From an uncultured Armatimonadia bacterium (lineage in GTDB: Bacteria > Armatimonadota > Zipacnadia > CAVVLO01): 64,000 bases of DNA. The position numbers and the translations under genes were made by a program. How positions within the stretch are numbered: position 1 is the stretch's first letter; every line of letters begins with the position of its first letter. Positions 17,908-28,853 of the stretch are shown one piece after another. The DNA lies in NCBI GenBank assembly GCA_963749155.1, contig CAVVLO010000002.1, positions 1-64,000 on the forward strand, read 5' to 3'. The notes below the pieces were generated by a model. The model did no database searches. It saw only the letters and a program-made list of their open reading frames with translations, and was not told the DNA's origin.

Positions 17908-19311
17908 TTAGCGCGCCGGAACGGAGAAGATGATGGGCTCCATCGGGCGTGGCTCTGTGCCAGGGGCAACCTGGGCACGTTGCGTCGGTCCGCCGGGCGA
18001 TACTGAAGGAGACGGCATACGCGACTTGATCTGCCGCTCGCTCTGTATGACCAACTCGTTGCCCTGCTTCACCAGCTTGAGCGGTTCGCCAGTTGCTGGA
18101 TCGGCCGGCAGGTCCCAGCCCAGCCTCGCTTCGATCTGCGCTGCAGAACCTGGCAGTTGGCCTGTCTCCTGGCGGTAAGCCAGCGCAGCCAGCCCCACTC
18201 GCGCGCAGTTGATATGAGCGAGGGTATCAAGCCCCTTGTCTACCGCCCTGCTATAGACAGGCATAATAATCCTGGTAAGAATCGCAAACCAGGGCGCTTC
18301 CCTCTCAGGTTGGTCCGCAGGAGAAGGTGCCTGGACCGGATTCTCTACATACTTCTGGATTTGCTCGATTTGGGCTCCCATTACATCAAGGTAGTAGTTC
18401 TCATCCTTGGCAAAAAGCCATCCCGTCGGGCTGAAAGACGAAGGCCTGAATATCGAAGAGAGCCAGCCAGGCGAGTCGAACTCCATCCCCTGTAACTCCT
18501 CCAAGTCCAGTTTGCCGGACCGGATATCTTTGAAACTAGCCAGCCCAAAAGCGCGTTCTCCCTCAAAGGCGCGCACCATCGCCTGCAACTCGTCAGTCTT
18601 GCCGAGTGCGTCGTAAGCCTGCTTGAGAGCTGACTTTGAAGGGGTCGAGAGCTTGAGTGAGGCCTCAAGCGAGCGCAGTGCGATCTGTTGGATTGCAATC
18701 CTGACCATTTGAGTTATCAAAGTGCGCTCTTCACTGCTGGCGGTTTCCAGTTTTACGCCTTCCTGGAAACTCGCCATCGCGGCATCCGGGTTGCCATCGG
18801 CTGCCAGGACCACAGTCTGGGCCGCCTGCACTCGGGCCAGCTTGCGCAGCTTGGTGAGATGCATAAAAGATACTTGCATGCCCTCTTCCCAGTTTATGGG
18901 GAAGACAGTCCTCGGCTGCTGGTTGCCCCTCGCAACAAGAGCCAGAGCCTTATGATGACGCTCAAGACTGACTTTAGCCTTGCCAAGGGCTTCAGCGTCC
19001 AGCTTGCCCTCGAGCGCCAGCTTCGGCACATCAGCCAGCATATTTTCCTCGTCGGCTTCAAACTTCAACGCTGCATCGGCTTCGAGGTAATAGGTGGCGC
19101 CGTTGGTGGCCGCAGGCTGGGGGGCAGCAGCCAAATCTGTCCAGGTGACGGGCATCCCCTCGGCCTTCAAGACGTCAAGTTTGGCTTGCACCTCGCGCAA
19201 CTCAACCTTCGCAAGGCCATAGAAGACAAGCTGAATAAGCAGCGCAAGCGCAAGCAGCACCAGGAAGCTTGAAAAAATACAACTGCCAAGACCCATCCTC
19301 TCACGTTCCAT
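17908..19311 (-). CDS. Array paralogue 5
   Basis: Colinear homologue of paralogue 4, with the last ~100 aa nearly identical. Confidence 0.8.
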   Translation of the reverse strand: MERERMGLGSCIFSSFLVLLALALLIQLVFYGLAKVELREVQAKLDVLKAEGMPVTWTDLAAAPQPAATNGATYYLEADAALKFEADEENMLADVPKLALEGKLDAEALGKAKVSLERHHKALALVARGNQQPRTVFPINWEEGMQVSFMHLTKLRKLARVQAAQTVVLAADGNPDAAMASFQEGVKLETASSEERTLITQMVRIAIQQIALRSLEASLKLSTPSKSALKQAYDALGKTDELQAMVRAFEGERAFGLASFKDIRSGKLDLEELQGMEFDSPGWLSSIFRPSSFSPTGWLFAKDENYYLDVMGAQIEQIQKYVENPVQAPSPADQPEREAPWFAILTRIIMPVYSRAVDKGLDTLAHINCARVGLAALAYRQETGQLPGSAAQIEARLGWDLPADPATGEPLKLVKQGNELVIQSERQIKSRMPSPSVSPGGPTQRAQVAPGTEPRPMEPIIFSVPAR

Positions 19312-19391
19312 ACTAGATCGCCTCTTTGGCTGCTCTCTGGCAGCCTTCAGTGGAATTACGCCTGCCGAGGCGCGAGGGTTTCGGAAGGAGG

Positions 19392-20724
19392 TTAGTGGGC
19401 GGGTGAATCGAGCGTTACCAGAGCCTGGATTGGCGAGTCCTGCATCATAGCGGTAGCAGTGCTTGCAAGTGTGGCCTGGCGTCCATCGAAGGAGTATTCC
19501 AGAGGCTGTCCAGTCGCCGGATCCTGAGGGACTTCCAGTCCAGATATTTGTTCTGCTGCTGCCAGGGAAGCAGGCCAGTTACCAGTCTTCTGGACGGCCA
19601 AGGCCAGTACCAGCAAGCCGCGCTCGCAGGCAAGACAGGCTTCAGCAGACAGCGCTGTGTGAAGTGAAGCGGCATAGATAAGCCATCGTCATACGCGTAA
19701 AGAGAGAACTGGTCGGCTGGTTCAGGTCTATATCATAAGGCTTTGCGTATTGCATGGCCGAACGCAAGTCTGGGGCAGCCCTTACCTTGAGCAGCAACTC
19801 GCTTTCCTGGCTTAACAGCAAGCGGGCATCTCTCAAAGCCAGATAACGGAGCTGGGGAGGACAATGACGGGCAATCCAGGAAAACTCGTAAAGTGAACCA
19901 GTGTTTTCGAGCAGATTGGCAAGAGATTCTTCACCAGTCACATAAGGATTGGGATTAGCCAGGAATTCCAGTCGGCGTCCAGAAGCAGCTTCTACCCAGT
20001 TGGCTTTGGTATCAGCCTTACCAAGCTCGGTATAGAAGGTCCTGAGTGCCTGCTCCGAGGGTGGCGCCTGAACAACTAGCAACTCGAGCAGTCGCAGTAG
20101 TGTGCGCTCGGTCGAAAGCTGCATAAAGGCCCCCAGCAAGTCAGGTTGCCTGGCCAGTTGGGTAGCGAGGAGATGCAATTCTTGCAGCGTAGCCAGCACT
20201 GCATCGCCTTGACCTTTCCATATCAGGAACAAAGCTTTGGCTTCCAGCAAATCTACGGCATGATCAAGCACAATACGTCGAGTGTCTGGCGCGCGCCCCT
20301 CTTCCTGAAAGGCTTCGAATCGGGCCCCTGGAAGCCGCACCCCCTGTTCGACGAGCGCCAGAGCCTTCTGCTGTTTGGCGAGTTCAGCTTCAAGTGCAGC
20401 CAACTCGTTTAAGGAAGGTTGGGCATCAAATAAGGGTTCTAGAAGTTCATCGAATTCTGTATGCGGAAAGGGAAGCGCCTGAGAGACCTGCAGGGCGGAC
20501 TCGTAGAAGTTGGCGGCGTTCTCATCCAGAGTCACCCCAGTGGTACTGTGAGCGCCAGACCGGGCAGCACTCAGCAGTTGCTCGCACTCGTGTTCGAAAG
20601 CTCTGTACTCGCGCTGGGCAAGGAAGGTGAAGACCAGATAGTAACCAACGACAAACAAACAACTCGCAGCAATTACCAGAGCTAACAACTTGCCAATTCT
20701 ACGTAGCCACCGAGTCCAGGTCAT
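19392..20724 (-). CDS. Array paralogue 6 (divergent; frameshifts near 19630-19680)
   Basis: TM, DENAANFY; C-terminal frame LALAVQKTGNWPASL...PQDPATGQPLEY. Confidence 0.7.
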
Positions 20725-20784
20725 AAGGCCAACATCTCCTGTTACCCGGGTTCGAGACTAAATCGGTAACTCCTGCAAAGATTG

Positions 20785-22117
20785 TTATCTAATCCGGAGG
20801 GAGAAGCTGGGTGGGTAGGGCTTGCCCGGCTCGCCAACACTGGAGACGGTCAGCTTGCCGCCCTCCAGCTTCCAGTTCAGCGACTTGCCGGTGAAGGGGT
20901 CAAGGGGAAGCTTGCGCCCCAGCTTGCGCTCAACGTCAGCGATGGACTTGGGCAGCCAGTCGGAAGTAGCCACCGCGCCCGCCGAGAGGGCTACTTCGGC
21001 GCAGGCGAGGTCCGCCGCGAGCCTGGTCCTCTGCGTATTGGTCGCCCTGGAAGAGCCAGACACTGGAAGCGAGTCCCCCCAACAAATTGGAGCGCCCCGG
21101 CCAGCCGCTACGCGCCTCCGTCTCCAGTGCCCTCGCCTGCTCCAGGCGCTGCCAGGTCGGCATCCGCTTGCGGGAGAGCGCCTCGAGCTGCACTAGCACA
21201 GGCACGGCGCGACGCCCACACTTCAGCGCCAGCCAACGCCCGAGGGCACAGTTGTCGGCGACGAACCGAAGCCAATCTGGCGCGTGGTCACTGAGCACAG
21301 CGCCGTGCGTCCATGCCTTGCCTTCAGCCAGCCAGTCGAGCCAGTCACCGTAGTCGGCGATCGAAAGCGCGCAGGCCCGCTCAGTCAGGGGGAAGGCGTC
21401 AAAGCCGCGCAGTAGGTCAGCCAACCACAGGCACTGAGTGGCCGGCAGGCGCACCCCATCCAGCACGTGTTGTAGGAAGGAAACGCGCGAGGCGCGGTAC
21501 ATCACCACCGCGATAACCCTCGGGGCATACGGCTCTGACCTATAGCACGAATCCAGATCCCAGAGCAGCTCGAACGTCTCGACCCCTGCGCCATAGCGTC
21601 CTTCGAGCAGTTGGAGGGTATAGAGCGCCTTCAGCTTGTTTCTCAAGCCGATCAGTGCAAAAAAAGTGTCCGGTGAGACCCCCACCCTCCCTACCTCGAC
21701 GGGAAAGCGACACTCGGGACGCCTGGCTGCCTCGCGCACCAGCGATAGCAGCGCTTCCAGTTGGGGCTGGACGGTCTTGGCCGACGCGATGGCCTCGGGG
21801 GTCGTCTGGAAGATGAGCAACTCCTTCAGCGCCTCGCCAGAGGGGTCCATCGTTCTGGCCTGCCTTGCGGCCTTGAGGTACAGCGGCGCGGCGTTCTGGT
21901 CCTCCGGGGGCATCGGCTGCTGAAGCTGCTCTGGCGTCTTGAGGTAGCCCGTGGCGCGCCAACCGTCCAACTCCTGCTCCAGCAGTCGCGCTTGCCGGTT
22001 GGCCAGCAGCGTGAAGAGGCCCTCTTCGAGCAGCACCAGCGCCACCAGCAACAGCAGCACTTTCATCAGTGTATGCCAGAAGGAATAACCAGTGGTCTTA
22101 GGGCGGGGAGTTTCCAT
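20785..22117 (-). CDS. Array paralogue 7 (divergent; frameshift(s) near 21050-21110)
   Basis: TM, PEDQNAAPLYLKA; C-terminal frame LPKSIADVERKLGRKLPLDPFTGKSL. Confidence 0.7.
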
Positions 22118-22134
22118 TGCCCCTCAGCGCAGGG

Positions 22135-23154
22135 CTAGACGCTGAACTTCACCTCGATGATGTCGCCATCTCTGACCTCGTAAGGCTTGCCTTCCATCCG
22201 CACAACGCCTGCCTCGCGGCATTGTTTCATACTCTTGCCATGCGCGACGAAGTCATCGAAGCTTACGACCTGGGCCCTGATGAATCCGCGCTCAAGGTCA
22301 GTATGGATTGTGCCTGCCGCCTGCGGAGCCAGAGTGCCTTTGCGGATAGCCCAGGCCCGGCATTCGTCCTCGCCTGCAGTAAGGAAGCTGATAAGCCCAA
22401 GTGCCTCGAAAGTCGCCTTCGCCACCACTTGCTGCGCCGTGCCTTCCATCCCAAGCTCCTCGGCGAAAGCAAGCTGATCTTCTTCAGGTAGCTCGGTCAG
22501 TTCGGCCGCGACCGAGAAGGGGAAACCGATCACTCGCCGTTCGCCAGCCACCTCTTCGAGCCCCTCCCGGTCGAATTTGCCTTCCTCCTCGGTATTTACC
22601 AACAGCAGTTGGGGCACCTCGGTGGTCAGTCCAAAGCCGCGCAGCAGCTTATCTTCCTCTGGAGTGAACTCCACCAGGCGCAGTGGAGTCTCGGTCTCCA
22701 GCGCCTCTTTGCACTTGCCCAGCGCCGCCGCAGTGGGCGCGTCAATTGGTTGCTTGCGACTGCGTTCGAGTACCGATTCAATCAGCATCAGATCGCCGAG
22801 AACCATCTCGGCGTCCAGATTCAGCAGGTCGCGGACGGGATCGGGATCTTCTCCAGCCGAGTAATTCTCGAAGGCCCGCAGTATGTGGAGGAACAACTCG
22901 CTTCCGCCAAGTGAGCGCACATAGCGCTCGAGTTCGCTGCGCCGGCCTGTCCCCTTGCCAGGCGGTAAATCCACCCGCCTGACGTTGAACTCGGCGTAGA
23001 CCTTCTTCTTGGGGTGGAAAACTTCTGCGAGGGCGTCCACGCGCTCATCTCGCACGTGCACGGAGGCTGCTTCCGCCTCATGATCTGCGCCTGAAAGTGC
23101 TCTTAACAGACTGCCCTTACCACATCCGGCAAGTCCGATGACTCTGGCTTCCAT
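22135..23154 (-). CDS. YchF-like (Obg family, DUF933/TGS) ATPase, divergent
   Basis: GLAGCGKGS P-loop, V.D.RVDAL, LISFLTAGEDECRAW, IHTDLERGFIRA, EGKPYEVRDGDI. Confidence 0.85.
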   Translation of the reverse strand: MEARVIGLAGCGKGSLLRALSGADHEAEAASVHVRDERVDALAEVFHPKKKVYAEFNVRRVDLPPGKGTGRRSELERYVRSLGGSELFLHILRAFENYSAGEDPDPVRDLLNLDAEMVLGDLMLIESVLERSRKQPIDAPTAAALGKCKEALETETPLRLVEFTPEEDKLLRGFGLTTEVPQLLLVNTEEEGKFDREGLEEVAGERRVIGFPFSVAAELTELPEEDQLAFAEELGMEGTAQQVVAKATFEALGLISFLTAGEDECRAWAIRKGTLAPQAAGTIHTDLERGFIRAQVVSFDDFVAHGKSMKQCREAGVVRMEGKPYEVRDGDIIEVKFSV

Positions 23155-23291
23155 TGGGAGAGACTCCTTTTCAGGCCTGGGTAAAGCCTGAGGCCATTAT
23201 AGCCAGCACAGGCAGAGGGGCGAAAGGGCTGACTCAGGGTCTAAGCTGGAAAAGCGAGTCGTCGCGCTCAGGTTCGGCCGCGCTGAAACGC

Positions 23292-23720
23292 TTACGCCCG
23301 AGCGCATACAAGCCAGGCTTTCGCCGCAAGACTGCCCCCCAGATAAGCCAGGCAACCTGCCAGCAAGATTACCGGGAGCAACCAGCCAAGCTCGGTTGGG
23401 ATGACGGTTTCGAAGCGCCAGGCGCTGGTAACGACAGAATAGGAAAACAGAAACTGCGAACCATAGGCCAGGGTTGAATAGGCCATCACCGCAAGAGCCA
23501 TACCGCCAAACCAGCCCCTGGAGAAGAGCGCCCGCGAGGCCAGCATCCCAACCAGCATCACCAGCAGCAGCCCTAGGCCAATAATCAGCGCGATGGTCAG
23601 ATTTTGCCAGTCTACGCGAGCGGTCAGATAACGCCTTAGCTGGGCAACGACAAGCCAGGTGGGCGGCCCAATCAGTCCCACCATCATCACGATGAAGCCG
23701 GTAAACGCCAGGAACCTCAT
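23292..23720 (-). CDS. Hypothetical 4-TM membrane protein
   Basis: SD AGGAG; four hydrophobic segments. Confidence 0.6.
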   Translation of the reverse strand: MRFLAFTGFIVMMVGLIGPPTWLVVAQLRRYLTARVDWQNLTIALIIGLGLLLVMLVGMLASRALFSRGWFGGMALAVMAYSTLAYGSQFLFSYSVVTSAWRFETVIPTELGWLLPVILLAGCLAYLGGSLAAKAWLVCARA

Positions 23721-23807
23721 CAGAGGTCATCACTCCTGAGGACATCTTACCACCTTCAGGCTTTCCCAGGGTTTGTTGCCTCCTTGTCACGAAAATGAAA
23801 AATCACG

Positions 23808-23836
23808 TTGACACATCCTTGCCCCTCTTGCATAAT
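23808..23836 (+). promoter_or_regulatory. sigma70 promoter of pckA
   Basis: TTGACA-N17-CATAAT. Confidence 0.75.
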
Positions 23837-24021
23837 GTACTCTTCAGAACGTCCTTTCGACCGGGCCAAGGGAATAGTTAGGGGGGCAGCCAGGCGAGGA
23901 CTTCGCTCCAAACTTTGCTCCCCAAGAGACCTGTTGATATCAACAGGCTTCCAGTCAGGGCGCGCGCAAAGCCCCTGAGGCGACGACTTCCTTCGGACCG
24001 GCATTTAGCGGGAGGTTTTTT

Positions 24022-25621
24022 ATGGGACCCACCTGGGATGACCAGTGGCGCCGCAAGCTGGAAGCGCACGGGCTGCGCAATTTCGGCGAGGTACACTGGA
24101 ATGCAAGCACTGGCGAACTATACGAGCACGCCGTCCGCAGGCGTGAGGGGCTAATCGCCCACCTCGGCGCTCTTTGTGTCCGCACTGGCCACCACACTGG
24201 CCGGTCTCCTAATGACAAATTCATCGTGCAAGAACCTACCAGCGAAAACAACATCTGGTGGGGCAACAACGTCTCCTTCAGCCCTGAGCAGTTTGACAGG
24301 TTACATTCACGCCAACTCGCATACCTTCAGGGCAAAGACCTTTTCGTGCAGGACTGTTTCGTCTGCGCGCATCCCAAATACAAGATGCCCATCCGCGTCA
24401 TAACTGAAGATGCCTGGTGCAGCCTGTTCGCCCGCAACCTTTTCCTGCGTATCTTCGATGATGAAGAGCTGGTAAACCACGAGCCGGAGTTCACCATCCT
24501 CCATATGCCTCACTTCCACTCGATCTCGGAAGAAGATGGCACTCGCTCTGAGTCCTTCATCATCCTCAACTTCGAGAAGCGCCTGGCCATTATCGGCGGT
24601 ACCAGCTATGGCGGCGAGATCAAGAAGTCGATGTTCACCATCCTCAACTACTTGCTGCCCGAGAAGGGCGTGCTGCCGATGCACTGTTCGGCCAATATGG
24701 GCCGTGAGGGCGATGTGGCGTCTGTTCTTTGGGCTGTCAGGAACCGGCAAGACAACCCTCTCAGCCGATCCCAAGCGGATGCTGATTGGCGACGATGAGC
24801 ATGGCTGGGGCGTGGATGGCATCTTCAACTTCGAAGGCGGTTGCTACGCCAAAGTCATCAAACTATCGGCCGAGAAGGAGCCGCAGATTTACTCCTGCAC
24901 CCGGCGCTTCGGCACTCTGATGGAGAACGTAGCCATCGATCGCATCAGCCGGCGCGTAGATTTGGACGATGATTCCTTCACCGAGAACACCAGGGCTGCT
25001 TATCCCATTGGCTATATCCCCAACGCCGTGGAAAACGGCCGAGGCGGCCATCCTAGTCATGTCGTCCTCCTGACCTGTGACGCCTTCGGAGTAATGCCTC
25101 CGGTGGCCAAACTTACCCACGAGCAGGCGATGTTCCACTTTATGTCGGGGTATACGGCCAGGGTCGCGGGTACCGAGAAGGGCCTTACCGAGCCTGCCTC
25201 GACTTTCAGCGCCTGTTTCGGAGCGCCCTTCCTGCCGAGGCATCCCTCGGTCTACGCGAAGATGCTAGGCGAGAAGCTGGCCCAGCATGGTTCGGAGTGC
25301 TGGCTGGTGAATACTGGCTGGAGCGGTGGCCCTTATGGAGTAGGCGAGCGGATGGACATCAATCACACGCGCGCCATCATTGACGAGATCCTCGCTGGCA
25401 GGCTTTCGAAGGTTGCAACAAGGACCGACCCGAACCTGAACCTTGAGGTGCCTGTGACCTGTGAAGGGGTGCCAGATGAGGTACTTGATCCTCGCGCAAC
25501 CTGGTCAGACAAGAAACAGTTCGACCTCACAGCGGTCAAGCTTAAAGAAGATTTCCAGGCCAATATGGCCAAGTTTGACGACGACTTTGCTCGTGAGATA
25601 GCGGCCCACGGCCCCAAGTAG
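24022..25621 (+). CDS. pckA: Phosphoenolpyruvate carboxykinase (ATP); frameshift near 24721
   Basis: [52 protein letters not shown]. Confidence 0.95.
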
Positions 25622-25635
25622 AATCTGCAATCAAC

Positions 25636-25675
25636 AAAAAAACGCCGGGCCCCCTGGGGTCCGGCGTTTCGTTTT
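25636..25675. terminator. Bidirectional intrinsic terminator between pckA and purQ
   Basis: A-tract, AAACGCCGGGCCC/GGGTCCGGCGTTT stem, T-tract. Confidence 0.85.
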
Positions 25676-25695
25676 ATTTACAAGTTGGTCAGCCT

Positions 25696-26505
25696 CTACC
25701 AGTCGGCAAGTGAGGCAAAGATACCCAGGCCGTCGCCCTGGCGCTCTTCGCGGGTCCAGTCGGGCATAGTATAAGGCGAGACTACACGCTCTGGATGGGG
25801 CATCAGCCCCAGGACATTGCCCTCTGGATTGGTGATACCTGCAATATCATAGAGGGCGCCATTTGGGCTAAAGGGATATTCTCCCTCCGCGAAAGCGCCA
25901 TCGGGCTTAACATAGCGGAAAGCTACCTGGTCGCGTTCGAGCAATCTCTCAAGCAATTCTTCCTCTCTGCCTGGGGGCAACACGAAACGCCCCTCGGCAT
26001 GCGCCACGGGAAAGACTACCGGCCTGTCCTTCGGCAAGCGGGTCGTCCATTTGCAGGTGTTGCTGGTAACCGCCAGATCGGCGGGGCGACAGACGAAATG
26101 GGCAACCTCGTTGGAAACAAGCACAGCTTCGGGATGCTCGCTCATCGGGCCATTGAAGGCGGGTAGCAAGCCCAGTTCGACAAGGATCTGAAATCCGTTG
26201 CAGATACCGATAACACCCTTCCCCGCTTCCACGAACCTTACCAGATCGCCAGAGAGCTTGCTCTTCATCCGTGCCGCGAGGATAGCGCCTGCGCGCACGC
26301 TATCACCGGCCGAGAATCCCCCTGGCAAGGCCAGCACGTCATAGTCATCCAGCTTGCGCCAGAGCGTCCTGTCGACGTCCTCTGAAAGGGTAAGCTGCTT
26401 CAAGTGCACCAGTTCGGCTTCAGCGCCAACCAGCTCGAAGGCCTCTTTGGTCTCCTGCTCGCAGTTGGTGCCCTCTATCCGTAGCACACACACATGCTTG
26501 GCCAT
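25696..26505 (-). CDS. purQ: FGAM synthase glutaminase subunit
   Basis: GTNCEQE, PGGFSAGD, GICNGFQIL, AHAEG, MPHPER. Confidence 0.95.
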   Translation of the reverse strand: MAKHVCVLRIEGTNCEQETKEAFELVGAEAELVHLKQLTLSEDVDRTLWRKLDDYDVLALPGGFSAGDSVRAGAILAARMKSKLSGDLVRFVEAGKGVIGICNGFQILVELGLLPAFNGPMSEHPEAVLVSNEVAHFVCRPADLAVTSNTCKWTTRLPKDRPVVFPVAHAEGRFVLPPGREEELLERLLERDQVAFRYVKPDGAFAEGEYPFSPNGALYDIAGITNPEGNVLGLMPHPERVVSPYTMPDWTREERQGDGLGIFASLADW

Positions 26506-26508
26506 AAC

Positions 26509-28851
26509 TCACAACCCCATATAGCCTGGCACGAAACTCGTCCAGGCCGCGGCAAGCTCAGAGACTGCAACATCCACCACAACCAGTTCGCCATCGCTCA
26601 CGACCAGCTGCTGAGGCTCGGTGGTGGTTCCAATTCGTGCCGTAGCGGTGCCTGCTAGTGCCTGTTCAAAGGCAGCAGCGTGCTCTTCAGCTACTTCTAC
26701 AAGCCAGCGTCCATTGGATTCAGAGAGAAGTCTGACTTCGGGGGGCAAATCTGGCCCAGGCACTTGGGCAAGGTCCAGCTTCGCACCCACCTCGCCTCCA
26801 ATTGCCATTTCGGCAATTGCAACACCAAGTCCACCCTCGGCCAAATCGTGGCAAGCCAGCACCAGGCCCTGGTCAATGGCAGCAAGTAGACCTTCCATCT
26901 TGGCTGCGAAGCTTGCTGGATTACATTTCGGCACTTCTGCGCCCTGACCCCCGACAAGTCCAAGGAAGGCCGAACCAGCCAGTTCATCGGCCGTCTCGCC
27001 GACCAGATACAGCGCCGAACCGGCGCGCTTGAGATCGCTAGTGACGGCCTTGCGCAGGTCATCTATCAACCCAACCGCCATAATAACCGGGGTTGGCGGG
27101 ATGGAACCCAGCGCGCCTTCGTTGTACAGGCTGACATTGCCCGAAACGCAAGGCACTTTCAGCGCGTCGGCAACGAGGAACATCCCATCGGTTGCGCGGA
27201 CGAAATCGCCCATCCGGTCAGGTTTCTCGGGATTGCCAAAACACAGGTTGTCGCAGAAGGAATGGGGACGCGCGCCTGTCGCAACCAGATTGCGGAAGGA
27301 CTCTTCTACCGCCGAGGCCCCGCCCCAGTAGGGATCTTGACTGGTGATAAAGGGATTGACATCACTCGTCAGCGCAAGCCCTTTGAAAGTATCGCTGCGC
27401 GGTTTAATGAGTGACGCATCGCCCGGCCCGGGCCGAGTGATGGTGCCCTGCAACGGCTTGAGTACCGTCTTGCCGCGCACCTCGTGATCATACTGGCGGA
27501 TAACCCATTCCTGGCTTGCGATATTGGGTTGCGCCATCAAGGCAAGCAACGTCTGGCCGAGGTCGGCAGGAACTTCGTAGTGTTCTGCCTGAGTTATCCA
27601 CTCGCGCGTGACATAAGGCCGATTGTAGCGAACGGCGCCACTATAGAAATCGAGATCGAGATCGGCTACCTGCACCCCTTCGAAGAACAACTCGGCCCGG
27701 CCTGTATCGGTTATCTCGCCTATCACAACCGCCTCAACATCCCAGAACTTGAAGAGGGCCAGTATCTCGTCGACAAGCTCAGGTTTGATGCTGAAGAGCA
27801 TCCGCTCCTGCGATTCGGAGACCCAGATCTCCCAAGGGGCCATCCCCTTGACCTTGAGCTTCAGCTTGTCCAGTTCCACCTTGAGGCCAAACCCGCCTCC
27901 ATGGGCTATCTCGCCGGCACATGAGGAAAGGCCTCCCCCGCCAAAATCTTTGCAGCCTGAGACCAATCCCTGGTCGATAGCCTGCAGAGTGGCGTGGATG
28001 AGCGGCTCCTTGGTGATGGCATCACCCATCTGGACAGCCGTCCTGGCCGAGCCTTCGCGCTCGGCGGAAAGCTCCTGAGAGGCAAGCGAGCTGACGCCGT
28101 GGATGCCATCGCGCCCGGTGCGTCCGCCAGCCATTACCAGTATCTCGCCCACCGCGTTCGCATGGGAGGGAATAATTTTGTTCTTGTCAGCCAGACCCAC
28201 GCAACCGACGTTAACCAGGCAGTTGGTAACATAGCCCTCGTGGTACTTCACGCAACCAGCCACCGTCGGGATACCAACCCGGTTGCCGTAGTCGCGGATA
28301 CCGTGGACAACCCCTCGATAGATAAAAGTGGGGTGTTTAGTGCCCTCTGGCACCTTCTCATCGGGGAAGTCCAGCGGCCCGAAGAACAGTGGGTCTACTA
28401 GTGCAATCGGCTGGCCGCCCATACAGACGACATCGCGCAAGATGCCGCCGATGCCGGTCTCGGCGCCGCCAACAGGCTCGAGCGCGCTTGGGTGGTTGTG
28501 CGATTCCAGCGCCACCACGTAAGCGTAATCCTCATCGAAGTCTATAACCGCCGCATCGGCATTGATAACGACCAGATTCTGTGGCGCTTCGATGGTGAAG
28601 AGATTACCTTTGAGCACATTCCAGGAGGACTTGTAGCAGCAGTGCTCGCTCCAGGCCTGGGCGATGGCTTCCATCTCAAGGTCGGTCGGATCGCGATCAA
28701 GGCCCTGGAAGAATTCCTGAACACGCTTCATCTCATCCAGCGACAGAGCAAGTTGCCGCTCGTCGCTTATGATCATCAGTTCATCGTCCGAGGCCTCGCG
28801 GACTTTTATGTCCCAGAGCTCGAAGGGAAGATCGCGCTTCTCGTAAAGCAT
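26509..28851 (-). CDS. purL: FGAM synthase small PurL subunit
   Basis: WSEHCCYKSS, ESHNHPS, GGILRD, SESQERM, QYDHEV, SGNVSLYN. Confidence 0.96.
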   Translation of the reverse strand: MLYEKRDLPFELWDIKVREASDDELMIISDERQLALSLDEMKRVQEFFQGLDRDPTDLEMEAIAQAWSEHCCYKSSWNVLKGNLFTIEAPQNLVVINADAAVIDFDEDYAYVVALESHNHPSALEPVGGAETGIGGILRDVVCMGGQPIALVDPLFFGPLDFPDEKVPEGTKHPTFIYRGVVHGIRDYGNRVGIPTVAGCVKYHEGYVTNCLVNVGCVGLADKNKIIPSHANAVGEILVMAGGRTGRDGIHGVSSLASQELSAEREGSARTAVQMGDAITKEPLIHATLQAIDQGLVSGCKDFGGGGLSSCAGEIAHGGGFGLKVELDKLKLKVKGMAPWEIWVSESQERMLFSIKPELVDEILALFKFWDVEAVVIGEITDTGRAELFFEGVQVADLDLDFYSGAVRYNRPYVTREWITQAEHYEVPADLGQTLLALMAQPNIASQEWVIRQYDHEVRGKTVLKPLQGTITRPGPGDASLIKPRSDTFKGLALTSDVNPFITSQDPYWGGASAVEESFRNLVATGARPHSFCDNLCFGNPEKPDRMGDFVRATDGMFLVADALKVPCVSGNVSLYNEGALGSIPPTPVIMAVGLIDDLRKAVTSDLKRAGSALYLVGETADELAGSAFLGLVGGQGAEVPKCNPASFAAKMEGLLAAIDQGLVLACHDLAEGGLGVAIAEMAIGGEVGAKLDLAQVPGPDLPPEVRLLSESNGRWLVEVAEEHAAAFEQALAGTATARIGTTTEPQQLVVSDGELVVVDVAVSELAAAWTSFVPGYMGL

Positions 28852-28853
28852 CG

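Noticed and set aside
12024..22117. Shufflon driven by the nearby serine recombinases
   Set aside because: All copies are in the same orientation, no inverted recombination sites are seen, and the array lies on the chromosomal side of the tRNA.
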